This document shows, in pieces, positions 12,822 to 26,128 of a DNA stretch of 64,000 nucleotides. Under the pieces are notes generated by a model. It was not told the origin of the DNA. It did not search any database and worked only from the letters and a program-made list of their open reading frames with translations. The stretch comes from Trichoplax sp. H2 (lineage: Eukaryota), in contig NOWV01000201.1 in assembly GCA_003344405.1 (NCBI GenBank), positions 1 to 64,000 on the forward strand, written 5' to 3'. A program made the translations under genes and the position numbers. Each line of letters starts with the position of its first letter. Positions within the stretch are counted from its first letter, which is position 1.

Positions 12822-15800
12822 TTATAGTTGAAAGAGAGAATTTTTACGTTTCCTATGTAGTGATAGTTCTTTCGGGTATTGCAAATTGCTGTCTGGGAAG
12901 CTCTCGATATAAATTTCAGGATACATTTTCTGAAACTATAATACATGGTAGGTAAGACGTTTAAAGATGGATTCAATTCGTCTATCAATGTATTAAATAA
13001 GTACTAGCTGGGTGCATAAGCTTGATGCCACTTTCGTTAGAGCAATATAAAATTCAATCATGACTAGCTTACCTGCTTCAATCTTGACTTCTTCGTTCTT
13101 GTATCCATGTTGTTGTTATTATAGATGTGCATGAGCAACGATTTTAAACTTTGCCGCGTAGCAGCACTTCCATGTGTTTTATATTGGTCTGGTGATATTC
13201 GATCGCAATAAACGACTTCTTTTGGCTTTTCTCTCTGCAATACGACAGCAAAACAATTCTACATTATATAAAATGATTTACGCAAATACAACTCGACACT
13301 GCATCGGAAATGCAAAATGTACCTCCTTGATTTTAGCAGCTTTAATTTGCTTTCCAACGATGATTTTTAATCGTGCAGGTATCTATGCATTGGTACAAAA
13401 GATATTAACGAAAGAGGTTTCCTCCCAATTCTATCACAAGTCATTTATTTAGCATGTTTACAGTTAATATCCTTACTACAGGATGGAATCGTAATTTAAA
13501 AATTGTTTGTATCAGAATATTAAATACCTCAAATAAACTGGTATAGTGATCTAGTAAATAAGTCACAAGCCGAGCGGAAACATGCAATTCGTGTCTTGTT
13601 GGTGTTACACTTGAGAAAATATTCTTGCTAAATGTCAATAAAATCTATCGGAGAACGGATAGAAAGAAATTAGCCTAGTAAAATAAAATCAATTTTCTAT
13701 GATCCTGTAGAAAATTGGTAATAAATTGATAGGTTTACGCGTAGGCTTAATTCTATGCTTATATTATCTGAAATGAGCACAGATGGTCTATTTTTGCTTT
13801 AGTGAATTTCAAATAAAATATGGCCAATACCATTCATTTTTATCCAATAAATTATAGAAAGATTTTACTATTTTCAAGAATGATCGTATGATTAAAATTG
13901 AATGGAATAACTCTTTCAATTTGGCTAACTCTAACACTATAAATACTAATCAAATAGATTGTCATAACAGCTTGAACGGCTAGAGACATTTTTAGAAATT
14001 GCTATGCCGTGGTCGAATTAATCAACATGAATTTATCTGATAAGTTACACAAAAATTTCATTTCTTGTAGTTATTTGTATGATTTAAAATGGAATAGAAC
14101 AACGCTTTCAATTGTGATTCAATGCACGACTATGACCAGAAATAAAGTAAAATTTCATTACAGCATAACTGGACCTGAAAATTTTTAAAATGGCTACTGA
14201 GGGCATTAGTATTACTCTTACCATTTCACGCTTTGAATTAATTTCATTTCCAATCGATAATGATTCATTCTTGTCCGTTTTCGACATAAATTGCAGTAAA
14301 ATCTTGAGGTGCTGACGATTTTTAGTGGGTAATAGCAATAAAGCTAATTGTAGGGCCTCTTTTGCCGTCGGTTGGCTTGCACTTAGTAAATCTAAAATAC
14401 CAAGAAGACGAAATAAATCGAATTAAATTATACAACATCATTCAAGTTATCGTATGCCTATTTACTAAATCCAAAATGCTACAAGTGTAAGACGAAGATA
14501 CTATAAACTGGGCAATAAAATCTAAATGAGATAATGCAAATTTAACTTTGGAGGAAATTAGAAAGCAAATTCTTCTTAGAAGAAGTAAAATTGGACTTTC
14601 TTAAGGATTATCAGATAGGGGGAAGATTGCTTTTAATTATGGTCAAATAACATTATCATTTTCATCTCGATGGTTACTTTAATCGAAATGGACAAGATGG
14701 TCTATGCATTACAATATTAGATTTTACTAGAATTCCTATTTTCATTTTGACGTTTCTCTTACCTAATATCGTAGCATAGAGTTCAAAGAGAGAATGAGTT
14801 AATAGCGGTCCATCAAGATTGGCGAAATAGCTGCCAATGGTGGATAAAAGTTCGACATGATAGCCAGAATGGATTGGCAATTCTCTCTTTTCGCCCATCA
14901 CCTTACCATTAGGCCCTATTATCATCGAATACACAAAAAAATAAATTAATTCGTTGACGGTAGTAAATAGTCTTTGAAGCAGCTTGATTAGAAAAGCTGT
15001 CGTAAATAATAAATATAGGATATATGCAAGTATAATATATATACGAGTATAAGCGATCCTTTTCGTAACACTGATGAGAATATAAGAAAAAATGGAATAA
15101 TGTTTCGATAGTACACTAGCGGAAATTTTAGTGCAGTAGAATATTAAAATGAGGTATTGGTGAGGTCTTTTCATGCTATTGGTGAGAATATTGATGAATA
15201 AATAGGATACTTTTGGACAGTGCACTCATGGAATTCTTAGTTTATGAGAATGTTAAAAATATATATCATTCATAAATCTTTTAGGTGCTGCTAAGGAAAG
15301 GAATGATGAAGAATAGGGTTTTGTTTAGACTGTATACTAATGGAAAATTCTTGGTTTAGTAGAATATTGGAAATGAGGCATTGATCAACCCTTTCCATTT
15401 TGCTAATAAGAACAACGATGAAGAAAAAGGGATTGCATTAAGATATTCCAATAATGGAATGTCTAAAGTTTAGTAGAATATGAAACATGAGACATGATCA
15501 ATCCTGATCCTACATAAAGTTGATTGAAATACTTGATAGTCTACAAATGACTTACAATTGGCTAAGCAATTCATGGCAGAACGAACCCAATATGGAATAT
15601 CATCATTTTTAATTTCGCCAATGTAATAATCACTCTGTTGGATAGGCCGTGGCTTGATCGTTTGCTTGACATTTTTAGTGATTAATTGGCCATCGATTGC
15701 TTCAGGATCCCGGATTAAATCATCAATAGAGCGCAGATTTAAAATGTTTGATAGCCTAGATCAAAAATTAGAGCCGGATTAATTTCTGCTGAAAAGTCAT

Positions 15801-18800
15801 TACATCCATAAGGCACTATTTGCCAAGATTGCCAATAATTTATATTATTTTTTAGCTTTCCGGTGGATTTCTTGAATTATAATGAGATAGAATATAAGAA
15901 AAGATACTAAATACTAACCTATTTGTGATTGCATTCCTCCAGATCTGTTGCAATGTTGCTTTAGGTAAATGGACATGCTCTAGGTCTTCATAATTATATT
16001 TCCTAGGTTGAGATAGTGCGGCTGAAGAAGACGATGACGACGATGGCAGAGGATGGGAAGATACCGGTAAAGGTCCTTCTGGTAAAGGTGCCTGTGCTGC
16101 TGATTGCTCTATTTTATCTGATTTTACTTCGACAACTTGGGATGGATTGGATTTCTCTGTTTTATGAAATCGTTTAATAATAACACTGCTAATATGCGAT
16201 CGCTTAGGATGATTACTTTGTGTACAACTGGATGTGGCTCGAATTCGATGTGATTTGGAATGATAATCGCTTGCATTTTTAAGATTGGTAGATGAGCTTT
16301 CTGGCTTTTGATTGCTAACATCTTGTAGAGGATAATTGTGTGGAATAGTGCTGTTATTTTCCTCATTATTTGGATAATGAGGTAGTGGTGGAATACTATT
16401 ATACGGTTGAACAGGTTCCACTTCAATATCTCTAGACATTTTCTTCTTACGACTAGTAGCAGCATGAAGGCTATCGTGTTGAGCTCGATCAAGTCGATAT
16501 AAGTGGTTATCATCATGGACACTTTGCTCATCACCATGTAGATTAGATCCTAAACGGACGGTAACGACAATTCCTTGATTGAGTAACTTGGACGCGACCA
16601 ATACAGCTTGCTGTCGAGTAATATCTTTGCCAAAATTAGGATTTCGAATTAAATATTCAAATAGCCAATCAATCATTTCACGGCCGGTAAAGCAATAGTC
16701 ATAACTTTTTAAGTGATAGCGATGTCGTTTTAACGGAATATGCTTATTAAAGGCTAACACCATTTGTTGCCACTATTCATAGGATCATGGAGTAAAGCGA
16801 AAAGTAAAAAAAGAGACAAATCATTTAGAAAGATTAGTAATATTCTTGAATATAGAAATGGAATGGATAGAATATTGAATATTCTTTCCTATTCTATTCG
16901 CAAAAATTAATATTACGAAAGCTAAATGAATGTGTCCAAGATATGAAAATAAATGAAAAGACTATTCAGAATGGCAAGTAATCATTTCTAGTATTTTAAG
17001 TATAGAGATTCAATGGACAGAATATTGAATATTCTTCCTATTCTATTTGTAAAAATCAATATTATGAAAACTAAATGAATATATCCAAGATATGAAGGCA
17101 AATGGAAAGACTACTGAGAATGACAAGCAATCATTTCCAATATTTTAAGAACAGAAAAGAAATGTATAGAATATTGAATATGGTATTCCTTCTATTCTAT
17201 TCGTAAAAATCGAGATTATGAAAACTAAATGAATGCATCCAAGATATGAAAACAAATGGAAAGACTACTCAGATTGACTAGCAATCCTTTCCAATATTTT
17301 GAGTATAGAAATGAATTGGATAGAATACTAAATATTCTTCTTATTCGTGGGAATGAATATTGCAAAAACTAAACAAATGTATCCAATATATGAAAATAAA
17401 TAGGAAGACACTAGATATTGCTATGAAAGTTGTAATTTACAATATTTATGAGTTAGTATTAAATCTGGACAGTTCTTTATATTTAAAATGAAATTTTCAG
17501 GCTATTATACCTTGTATTCTTGTATAATTTATACAATTCTAATTATTATTTAATGATAGCAGCCGCAACTTTCATGTTGAATATAATAAATATTGTGGTT
17601 AGATATTGATATGAAGGTTACAATTTACTGTATTCAAAAGTTAATGTAAATCTGGACAGTTATTTATAATTCAAATAAAATTTTCATAACATTATACGTT
17701 GTCTTCTTGTAATAATTTATGTAATTCTAATTATTAATTAGCGATAGCAGCCGTAATTTTTGTATTGAATATAAAAATCACCATAGTTAGATATTGATAT
17801 TAAGGTTATAATTTACGGTATTCATGAGTTATTTAGTCTGGACAGTTACTTATAATTAAAATGAAATTTTTACGACACTATATGTTGTATTCTTGTAGGA
17901 TTTATACTATTCTAGTTATTAATTAATGATAGCGGCGGAAAATTATCATAGTCCGATGTTGATATAAAGGTTGTAATTTATAGTATTCATGAGTTAATAT
18001 TAAATCTGGACAGTAAATTATACTTAAAATGAAATTTTTACGGCATTATAGGTTGTATTCTTATATGGTCTATACAATTCTAGTTATTAATTAATGATGG
18101 CGGTAGCAATTTCATACTGAATATAAAAAATATCGCAGTTATACATTAATTATTAAGGCTGTAATGGCATTTATGAGTGCTTATTAAATCCGGACAATTA
18201 ATAATGTTTAAAATGAAATCTTTACGCCATTAGACGTTGTATTCTTGTATGATTTTTACAATTCTAGTTATTAATTAATTAATTAATAATAGCTGCTGCA
18301 ATTCTCATACTGAATGATCGTATTGCAAATATAAAAATTTCGTAGTCAGATATTAATTAATATCACTGCTATTATTTATGACGTTTGTGTGTTTACTGGT
18401 ATTTAAAAGGCAGCCAATATTAAATCTGGACAACTATCTATGTTTAAATGCAATCTCGGCGGCATTATACATTGTATTGGAATTAATCATACGACGTATA
18501 TAAATTTATTTATTGGATAATGACGAAGCCACAATTTTCATATCGAATACTTTATTCTTATTGAAGATGAAAATTGTCGTAGGGATAAATATATATTAAT
18601 ATGAAGATTGTAATATATGAAATTTTAGTTGGTATTTATAAGTCAGTCAACATTAAATCTGAACAGCTATTTATTTACTTTAAAAGATAATCTTGGCGAA
18701 ATTCAACATTATTTCAGAGCCAAATCATGCGATTGACGTAAATAATCATTCTATATCCGTTAACCTCATTTTATGTCAAAATGTTACAAATTTTAAAATA

Positions 18801-21800
18801 ATATTTTTCTATTTGGAAAAGGGCTAATGAAAAGATTGTATAGTAAGATTTCAGTTATCGAAAATGGATACACTCCTTCAGCTGGATATGTATAAAGAGA
18901 ACGAGTAGTAAATAGAAACCATAGAAAAGAGCGCTACTGTATTTATACAACGGCATGATTCAATTTTCACGTGTGATGCATGATTAAAAAAATTACTAAT
19001 AAGAGGAATCGGTCTCTTATGCCGGCGTTATAGCTTAAAAAGGAGTAATATTTATTTTATGCAAGAGTCAATTATTACCTTTGACTGCCTAAAGATCAGG
19101 CCAGTCGTAAAGAATATCGGGCTTAAATAAAGGAAGCATGGTTTAAGAAGAACAAGTATTGATAGAATTAATTTGGGTTCGATTTTAAGGCTCAAATCAG
19201 AAAATGTTCTATTTACATTCGAACAAACGTTTTTGATGAAAGCATTTCTTGATTTAAAAAAGAACACTTCTCTATTTTGTTAACCTATGAATACATCTTT
19301 ATTTCTAATTCGATTTAATATGGAGAGGTGAAGACTAAAAAAGAAATCGATTATATAGAAATAAAAGAAATCCTGACTTGAAAAGAGGCTTTATAGTAAT
19401 TTCTTAAATTAGGCGTAAATTTTAAAGACGTTTCGACGAGTAGTGTTACTACACGCCAAAGTTGATTTGAGGCGAAAGAAATTTTAATTGAAGGAATATC
19501 ACTGTATTGATGCAATTCAGAAGTAAATCTCTGGCTATTGATATTATAAAATAAGCAGAAGCTAAATCAGAAATGGATAGATATCAATTTCAAATAGAAG
19601 GATATTAATTACTGTATTCTTTAACATTGAAATTTAAAATACGAGAGGATCATAACGATAACCTATCTGAAAGTAAAAACGGCTAAACTTGATTATTTGT
19701 AAGCTAGGAGCTGAATCCTAATTTAAACTCTGTTACTTTAACGTGAGACGGAATCATGGTATTTAATGCAATAATGACGCCTATATATATCATTCTGACC
19801 ACCTAAGTAGCTATTACGTCAATACTTTTTTGATAGAATGACTATTTGCAGAGATCTATGATTACCAAAAGTTATCAAAGATTTTACCAACGACGGGAGA
19901 ACATGCTTATTTGGAAGTAACTAAAATTAATAAACAATTTTATGGTAGGAAATTTCCAGTCTAAAATAATTGAATAAAATGGTTCAGGTATTATTCCACA
20001 GCTATTACTCAGAATGGTCCAGAGAAAAAGTAAACTGACAATGAGTATTAATTTAATTAAGAAAACAATAATTCTAACAAGAACCAATCATTCTGGAAAA
20101 CGAGATTGACATCACCATTATCTAAGGCTTCGTTATGATTTAATTAATTAATGCCCATTTCTATATATGATGGCGGCAAAATCAATTACAAATCATCTAG
20201 GATGATTCCTTAGGTTATATATTGATCCAATTTGACTATCAATCATACTCAGGAACGGGATGAAAACTACAATTTTAAAGATAAATAATTATAATCGATA
20301 GATGAGATCTATCGTTGTCCCATCTAAAGCCGCTCAAATTAAACCATTGACAACGCTCAAGAACAGAATAAAAGCTTTTAATTTGGAGACTAATAGTCAT
20401 AACTAGCTAGAAGAGGACTATCAATCGTTGTCCTCATTGAAAGCTACTCAATCTAAATTGTTGGTCACACTAAGGAATAAGATGAAAGTTTTTAGTGAAA
20501 TGAATGATGAAAACAATCATAATCGTGATTGAACATCGATAAAACCAAGTTGATGATATCCAGAAAAGAAGATGAAAACTTTTAGTTTAAAGACGAATAA
20601 TAAAGACTAGCTAGATGAAGATAAATTAGTGTTGTACTCCATTGAGATTGTTAAATTGTTGATAAAGAGCTACAGCATAGGATAGTAAACTATCAAGTTT
20701 GCGGTCTAACAGCGATGGCTAGCTAAATAGTGACTAATTATCTATCCCTGTCCTTATTCAAAATTGCTCAAGCTAAATTGTTGATAATGTTAAAGAACTG
20801 GATGAAAAACTTTAGCGACAAGATAGATGATGGAAAGAATCAATTGCTATCGTCAAGGAATATCGATAAGATTAAATTGTTGATAATGTTTACTGTAGGA
20901 ATAGGATAAAATTCTCAGCGTTAATGAGGACTCTCCATGGTTATCATTATTTCAATATCTATAAAACTACTGCATAATATTGCGAATGCTCAGGAGCAGG
21001 ATGAAAAGCTTTTAGCTAGGAAATAAACGATAAAAATCATCTATTGCTTTCGTTGTTTGACATCGATCAACGTAATTGTTGATCATGCTTAGAAACAGGA
21101 TTAAAATTCTTAGCTAGGAAGGTTGATGAAGACCATCGATCGCTATTTAACGTCAGTGAACGAAACTGTTGATCATGCTGAGGAGCAGGTTAACTCCCTA
21201 ATTGGAAGATTTTTGATGAATATTGCCTATCGCTGTCATTATTTAAGATTGATAAACGAAATTCTTAATCATGCTTGAGAGCAGGATGAAAAGTTTTAGC
21301 TAGATGATTAATGATAAAGATTATCTGTCGCTATCGCCATTCAAGATTGATAAAAAGAAATTACTAATTGTGCTTAAGAGTAGGAGGAAAAGTTTCGTTA
21401 GATGATTAATGATCAAGATTATCGATCGCTACCGCTGTTAATGACTGATGAAAACAAATTTGCTGGCCATCCTTAAGGGAGGATGAATAGTTTTAGCTAG
21501 GTGATTCATGATAAAAATTATCTATTGATTTCAATGTTAAAGATTGATAAAACAAATTTACTGATCATGCTTAAAAGCAGGATGAAAATGCTCAGCTAGA
21601 TGATTAATGATGAATACTACCTATCGTTATCGTTATTTGATGTTGATAAAGCGAAATTATTGATCCTACTTAAGAGCAGGATGAAAAGGTTTAGCGAGAT
21701 GATTAATGATGAACACTAACTATCGTTATCGCTATTTGACGTTGATAAAACGAAATTATTGATCATACTAAAGAGTAGGATGAAAACTATTAGCTGGAAG

Positions 21801-22209
21801 ATTAATAATAAAGACCATTTATCGTAGCCTTTATTTATCATCGATAAAACTAAATTATTGATAGCAGTCATGAATAAGATGAAAACTGTGGGCCAGAGAT
21901 ATAACCATAAAAACCAAATCATAAGTGACGAAGCGATTTGATTTAACACGGAAAAAAACATCAAGATGTAAACTTTAGTATAGCACTAGAAGAATTAGTG
22001 TTGGAGATTGATTGAAGACAGTGTAGATAACAACTTGATTAAAATGCTGTAACTGCCTCATCGAGTCTAAACATTTTTATACTTTAACGGTAAAATTTTA
22101 ATCGATAAGTAATTTTTTGACCTACCAATGCTGTAGCTCGAAATGGTCGGCCAGGTGAAATAATAGCCATTGCTTCAGGACTTCTGGCTGTTGCAACTGC
22201 AGTCGCCAT
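12822..22209 (-). CDS. DEPDC1: DEP domain-containing protein 1-like (DEP domain + RhoGAP-like domain), ~637 aa, 9 exons
   Basis: Exons (minus) 22209-22126, 16772-15919, 15755-15556, 14915-14763, 14391-14222, 13644-13528, 13382-13323, 13234(or 13258)-13073, 12935-12822; phase-consistent. Motifs: PFRATAL|WQQM...PLKRHRYHLKSYDYCFTGREMIDWL (DEP), DDIPYWVRSAMNCLANWP, GPLLT, EALQLALLLLP..NR..L..LL.FM, YCDRIS, FQKMYPEIY; these match the DEPDC1/1B family. Confidence 0.9.
16830..17410. repeat. Intronic tandem repeat, ~150-bp unit, about 4 copies
   Basis: AGAATATTGAATATT...CTAAATGAAT..ATCCAAGATATGAA recurs at ~16870, 17020, 17170, 17323. Confidence 0.85.
17410..18700. repeat. Intronic tandem repeat, ~165-235-bp unit, about 7 copies
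   Basis: AAATCTGGACAG core at ~17461, 17649, 17836, 18002, 18187, 18422, 18655, each followed by AAATGAAATTTT...TTGTATTCTTGTA...ATTCTA. Confidence 0.85.
20240..21980. repeat. Intronic tandem repeat, ~100-120-bp unit, about 17 copies
   Basis: GATCATGCTTAAGAGCAGGATGAAAA..TTAGCTAGATGATTAATGAT recurs about every 100 bp (20996, 21096, 21185, 21281, 21381, 21478, 21577, 21677, 21777, 21876), with more degenerate units back to ~20250. Confidence 0.85.
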
Positions 22210-25200
22210 AGTGCAATATTATGATCTATTTCAAGTGTGATCTTAATCTGTAATATATCCAAGCGTTAAAGCAGAAATAACTGGTTTAATAAACAGTAAA
22301 GTCAAATTTTTGAATTTATGCAATATAAAGTGTCACTATAATTAATTCTATCATGAACATTAGATGAAATGGAGATGGAATATCGTTGTTATGATTACCT
22401 TTTCCCACTAGAGTAATTTTTCAAGGCTAGATCGTTCGATGAAAGAATAAAAAAGAAATAGAGATTAAAGTAGCAAGATACCAATCGTTTGCTTGAGTTG
22501 TCAACCCACGATGTAAAATTTAAACTTTCAATCCTTTAATAATAACAAGACTAAATTAATCTTTAACTCGCTAGATGCAAATAATGATCAGTAATAGTGT
22601 TGGAAAGAAAGAAATATAGAATCAGTTCACGTCGCATTTATATTTTTGGCTAATGAAACAATAACGTATTCTTTTACTTGTTATGATCGATGTGGTAGAA
22701 TAGTCCATACTATGTAAAAGTTAATCATTTTTAAAGGGTTCAAATGGAAAAGTACCGATAGTGGCAATGACTTACAATCTTCGTAATCTCCTAGTATGCT
22801 AGACAGGATAAGGCCTGTGTTTACTCTTGAATTCTGTCAACTAGGCTTTAGATGTAGTAGGAATAATACAAGTAGAAGCAACAATTGGCGTCGTTGGGGA
22901 TCTTTTGATCCTTCTAGGCGTAGATCATTATCGACGAACAATCACATCAGTAAAGAATAAACTAGTTTGTATTTATCAATAGAATTATTCTATCTAATTT
23001 TTTGCTCTCCTATTCTCTCTAGTTCACAAGCTATTTTTAATAGTCCATCGTCAATAATAGAATCATGCATAATATACTTAGAGCAATTAGCAACTATTGT
23101 TATTTAATCGTTATGTTTTGAAAATTGCATAATCTAAACGTGATTGGCTGAACAGGATTAGGAGTGGATAAAGGCGATTTTGCGTAGTCCTTTTACTAGC
23201 AAGGCTTGTCTTGTTGGCTATTAGTACTCATACCATGATAGAGGATGATTGAAATAGTAGGAAGGAAGAAAATTAACAAATATCAGCAATATGGTAATGA
23301 GTTGATGATGAGTTTGCGTACTTATACATAACAATTCAAAAAATTATAGTTTGAGAATGGATAGGCAGTAATATAGATAGCATTGAGAAACAACTAATTT
23401 TAATAGTAGCGGTAGATCACTATGAATAGATAGGCGTATTATATTAATTTCCTGATTGATATCATGATTATTTTATGATACACTATAATTATTATAATAT
23501 AATGACAGTAATTGGAAATAACCGATGTCAGTCTAGAAGTACAGTAGTGGCAGTCCGTTATTGGCTAATAAATGCGTTATACTGTATTATTGATGTAATT
23601 TATAGGGAGTAATATACTATACACTTTATATATAATCATACTCAACTCAGGCTATACAGTAATATTAGGAAATAATTAAATGAATATCAGCCTATTTGTA
23701 GCTACTGTATACAATAATAGTAAGAAATAGTCAGAGACGAAAAATGTCATATCTCTTAGTAGTGATGGATCGTTATTGATAGGATAATTGATAAGAACTA
23801 ATCACACTCAAATCAAGTTATACAGTACCGATAACATTAGGAAATAAGAAATTAGAAATGAAGAATGTTAGTCTGTTAGTAGAAATATACTAATAGTCAG
23901 AAAAAATATATCATGAATAATAATAATCAGAAATAAACAGAAGTAAAGAATATTAATCAATCTATAGGTAGTTATATACTGATAATAGCTAAAAATAGTC
24001 AGACACGAAAACATCACATTTATTAGTTTTATCAGATCGTTGTTGATTAACAAATGTATTATATCATAATGATTCTCAAAAAAGTTTTGCAGTACTATAC
24101 TCGCAGAAATAATCAAAGATAACGAATATTAATGTATAGGTATTAGTAGATCTTTACTGATATCTAAGCGTGTAACTCATATATTACTAATTTTCTTAAA
24201 TGTAAAGATAGCCATACTTCGAGTAACTCAACAATTTGATAATAGTCAGCAAGAATGAGCAGAAACTATAAATACTGACATGTTGGACCGTTATTAATAG
24301 ATAAATATACTATTGATTTAGCGATGGGTAAAGGATAACTATATTTATCATATTGCACAATAAGTAGCAATAAGAATAATTAAGAATAATAAATATCAGT
24401 ACACTGGTGGCCGACTGTTACTAATGTATAGACGTGTTAATGGTCTTAATTTTGCATTGAAACAGATGTGATTATACGGGCACTCATGTCATATCACATA
24501 ATCAATTTATAGAGTATTTGAAAATAATGAATATCAGTAATGATAAATCATTAGAGGTGAGGATATATAAGAGGTGTATCATTAATCTTGTGACGGATAG
24601 ACACGATATCTAAATAATGTAGATAGTGCAAGAACATAATAAATATCAGTGGCAGTAAACCTCTTGAAATAAGACCATGTCTTTAGTTTTACCAGTGATG
24701 GAAATGATAGTGCTCATGATATGCGGCTTAATAATATACTGTACATGATGAATATGTTATAATTCTTATTATAGGGCTAACTTTAGTACTCATCGATCGA
24801 CCCAGGTAAGTTATCGGTATTTATACAACACTAGAGCAAGCAAATGTCTTGCAGTAGCTGTATTATAAATATTATACATTTTTGCACCTAATCTGGAATA
24901 ACATGTTACAACTTATTCATTTTTAGCAGTTATCAACCAGTTAGAAGCATTTCTTCCGTCAAGTCTGTTATTGTATTGGTTAATTCAACACCTAACCACA
25001 CATACTACCAAGAACCCTACAGATTTATAAAAGATTAAGGCTTTAGCAGTTAAATTATAATCAAAAACATTTGAGAGATTAATCTTCATAATTGAATGTT
25101 TTATTTCTTGTATAATGCTACACTATAAGATGGAAATAAGAAAAGTTGATAACTTAATAAAACAATAACTGTACAGGGTATTTTCTTACTATTTTCTTTA

Positions 25201-26128
25201 TTCTAATCAGTATCAGCTTAAGATAATTTTACCGAAATTTTTGATCCGTTTAGACTACATTAATACAAATTACTGCCAGCATATGTATGCGCTTTTATAC
25301 ATGATATTTCTTGTCATTAATGAATTAATAATTTGAATAAGGACTTAATGATATTCACGGAAAGAGTACAATCTTACACATTTAAAATTTCTGTCCTATC
25401 CATAAAGCCTACAGTTGAAGTTGAGTTAGTGAACAGTTAATTGATTATATGCCGCTTATTTTAATGCTGTGTGTATATTCGGTTAAACCGGTAAATTCTG
25501 ATTGACTGGTATAAAATAATAATAATAAGGTAAAAGTAAAGCATTACTCGTTGCTATTACTAGTTTAGATAGATATCAGCAGAGTAAAATGATTATTAAA
25601 TCGCTCTAGCAATTGAGTCTGAATGTGCACTAACAAATGTATTACAGGTAATTAGATAGAAATATTGAAAATCGTGTAATGAATAAGTTATACGGTTCAA
25701 GAAATATCTAATTTGAATCTAAGGTAAACCAGACATTGCTCGTTAAAATGAATATTAGCATAATAAATAGATATAATTATAATATTACAACTGTGACTAG
25801 GTCTGAAGTGTGCTAACAAATAAATTACAGATCGAAAGATAGAATTAAAAAAAGCACCATGAATAACTTATACTATTCTTGGAATATAAAATAAATTTCT
25901 ATGCTAGGTATAGCATTACTCTTTAGAGATAGTGCCATTCAAAGAAAAACCAAAAGTAGATGCTGATCAATACGACTTGGTAAAATATTAATGAGATTGT
26001 GGATGAAGATATTCCTACAACCGGCCTAAAATATGCTAACCAATAAATTACAAATAGATAGATTTAGTTTAAAACCTATGTCCTAGTTATCTTATGATGC
26101 TCCTAGATTATAAAGCAGAGTTTCAAAT

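Noticed and set aside
16124..16537. Alternative-frame or antisense ORFs over real exons (also 1429-1674, 35527-35820, 38015-38320, 62216-62551)
   Set aside because: Shadow ORFs of the annotated genes with no independent motifs.
20240..21980. CRISPR-like or C/D snoRNA array (TGATGA words, regular spacing)
   Set aside because: Whole units are homologous, so there are no unique spacers. The context is eukaryotic with no cas genes, and the box-like words are antisense to the host intron with no consistent CTGA or terminal stem.
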